From Candidatus Iainarchaeum sp. (GTDB taxonomy: Archaea > Iainarchaeota > Iainarchaeia > Iainarchaeales > DTGL01), in contig JAVYME010000004.1 of NCBI GenBank assembly GCA_038736825.1, forward strand, positions 13,237-45,236: a stretch of 32,000 bases of DNA, given 5' to 3'. The notes below the pieces were generated by a model. That model saw only the letters and a program-made list of their open reading frames with translations. It ran no database searches and was not told where the DNA came from. A program made the translations under genes and the position numbers. Of this stretch, positions 30,926 to 32,000 are shown piece by piece. Within the stretch, counting starts at the first letter, position 1, and every line of letters begins with the position of its first letter.

Positions 30926-32000
30926 TCAAACTCCTCGCTTTTTGAACGCCCATTTTGCTTTGCTGGTTTTGGCTGTCTTGGGCTTTGCTTTTTCTTTTTC
31001 ACTTGAAGGCTTTTCCTTGGCGCTTTCTGCTTTCAGGCGCGCGATTTTTTTTTCTTCATTTGAAACCTCTGCTTCTTCTTCTGATGCTTTCAATTTTACT
31101 GAGGCAAGCCTGTTTGTGAGCGAGTCAAGGGCTTCCCTGTAATCGGAATCAATTATTTCTCCTTTTTCATATTGTGCTTTAAGCTCTTTCAGCATGAATT
31201 GAATCATTTGGATTTCGCCATGCAATCTGTCTGTTTCAATCAAATGCTTTGACCTTATGCGCTTTTCCTCTTCCAAGGCTGCAAGCTTGTCCTCATGCTC
31301 GGATTTAATTTTTTGGAATTCTTCTTCGCTGAGTTTTTCCCTAAATCTTGCCTTTTCCGCTGACTCTTTCGCCTTTTCAAGGCGTTCTATTCTTTTTGAA
31401 ATGAATCCTTCCTGTTTCTTGTTTTGAGAGAGTTTTATGGCGCCAACAAGGGCAATGCCTGCAATAACCACTAATAGAACCAAAACCAAAATGAAAAAGG
31501 TAACTGTATTGTTTTCGGCAACCTGGATTTTTGGTGTTATTTTTGGCTTGCTCCAGTCTTTTATGGTTTCCACGGAGGCTGATGCAAGTTCTGCCTTTGC
31601 TTGTCTTGTTACAAGCAATAGTTCTTCTGCAAAAAAGGCAAGCCTTAAGCCGGCTTTTGCGTTTTCTGCTGCTTCAGGTGTAGCCTTTTGTTTTTCAAAA
31701 TACTTGGCTGAATCGTAAAAGTATTTTGCGTGGTCAAAGTAAAGTTTTGCCCAAACCATTGTTTGCTCTTCTGATAAAAACTGGGCTTCCAGTTTTGAAA
31801 TCTTTTCACTGAGCAAGCCTATTAGTTCAGGGTAGCCTTTGCCTTGGATTGCTCTCTCTGCTTTTGCCAGAGCAAGAGCAGAGGCTGCATCAAATGCTGC
31901 AGAATCGCTTGAGCCTTCTTTGAGGGCAAGCTTTGCAGCGTTCAGCCTTCTCTCTATGTCTTCAGATTCTTCTGGAAGAATAACTGCAAGCTCGTCTTCT
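30926..32000 (-). CDS. hypothetical membrane protein (extracytoplasmic helical domain - TM - cytoplasmic coiled coil with a K-rich tail); 5' end outside the window
   Basis: The reading frame stays open upstream of the track's TTG 31816 all the way to base 31999 (EDELAVILPEESEDIERRLNAAKLALKEG...), so the gene is truncated by the window edge. The TM helix is FFILVLVLLVVIAGIALVGAI. Confidence 0.55.
   Translation of the reverse strand, partial: EDELAVILPEESEDIERRLNAAKLALKEGSSDSAAFDAASALALAKAERAIQGKGYPELIGLLSEKISKLEAQFLSEEQTMVWAKLYFDHAKYFYDSAKYFEKQKATPEAAENAKAGLRLAFFAEELLLVTRQAKAELASASVETIKDWSKPKITPKIQVAENNTVTFFILVLVLLVVIAGIALVGAIKLSQNKKQEGFISKRIERLEKAKESAEKARFREKLSEEEFQKIKSEHEDKLAALEEEKRIRSKHLIETDRLHGEIQMIQFMLKELKAQYEKGEIIDSDYREALDSLTNRLASVKLKASEEEAEVSNEEKKIARLKAESAKEKPSSEKEKAKPKTAKTSKAKWAFKKRGV

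Noticed and set aside
1-32000. CRISPR arrays, rRNA genes and transposases
   Set aside because: I saw no regularly spaced direct repeats. The only repetitive DNA is homopolymeric or A-rich coding low complexity. No ORF resembles a Cas protein, transposase or integrase.

Overview
Archaeal chromosomal window, tightly packed and mostly read from the ORF translations. The archaeal call rests on a tRNA-splicing endonuclease, a tRNA with a bulge-helix-bulge (BHB) intron, a C/D-box sRNA candidate, an archaeal/eukaryal-type TrpRS and an Mbh operon. The moderately low GC (by eye) and many K/E-rich low-complexity proteins suggest a small-genome, possibly DPANN-like, uncultured archaeon; that is inference only.

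Contents by position:
- 1-7397 (+): a near-complete Mbh-type membrane-bound group 4 [NiFe]-hydrogenase/Mrp operon (mbhB fragment to mbhN) with start/stop overlaps. It converges, one nucleotide apart, on hycI-hypA maturation genes (7399-8222, -).
- 8.3-11.3 kb: a K/E-rich hypothetical, a Gpt-like purine phosphoribosyltransferase, a TM/HExxH protein and a DedA-like membrane protein.
- 11.3-12.0 kb: features absent from the ORF track, namely a C/D-box sRNA candidate, a 57-aa DUF1931-type histone-fold ORF and a hairpin/T-tract terminator.
- 12.0-18.3 kb: endA and trpS (divergent), a trpS-coupled hypothetical, a Glu/Leu-type dehydrogenase, a USP-like protein, a wHTH hypothetical, tRNA-Ala(CGC) with a 57-nt canonical BHB intron, and ppa.
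- 18.6-21.6 kb: an orphan HerA/DUF87-type ATPase of about 975 aa with long extensions.
- 21.6-25.4 kb (-): a glmS-glmM-hexapeptide acetyltransferase operon.
- 25.5-32.0 kb: a wHTH regulator with a palindromic operator, a polytopic membrane protein, an SMC-like protein, a flavodoxin-like protein and a partial membrane/coiled-coil protein.

The most unusual item is the 991-aa SMC-like protein. Its heads are clearly SMC-type, but I see no hinge, and a Rad50-style CPVC zinc-hook motif sits at the exact midpoint of the coiled coil.

No CRISPR array, rRNA, transposase or integrase was seen.
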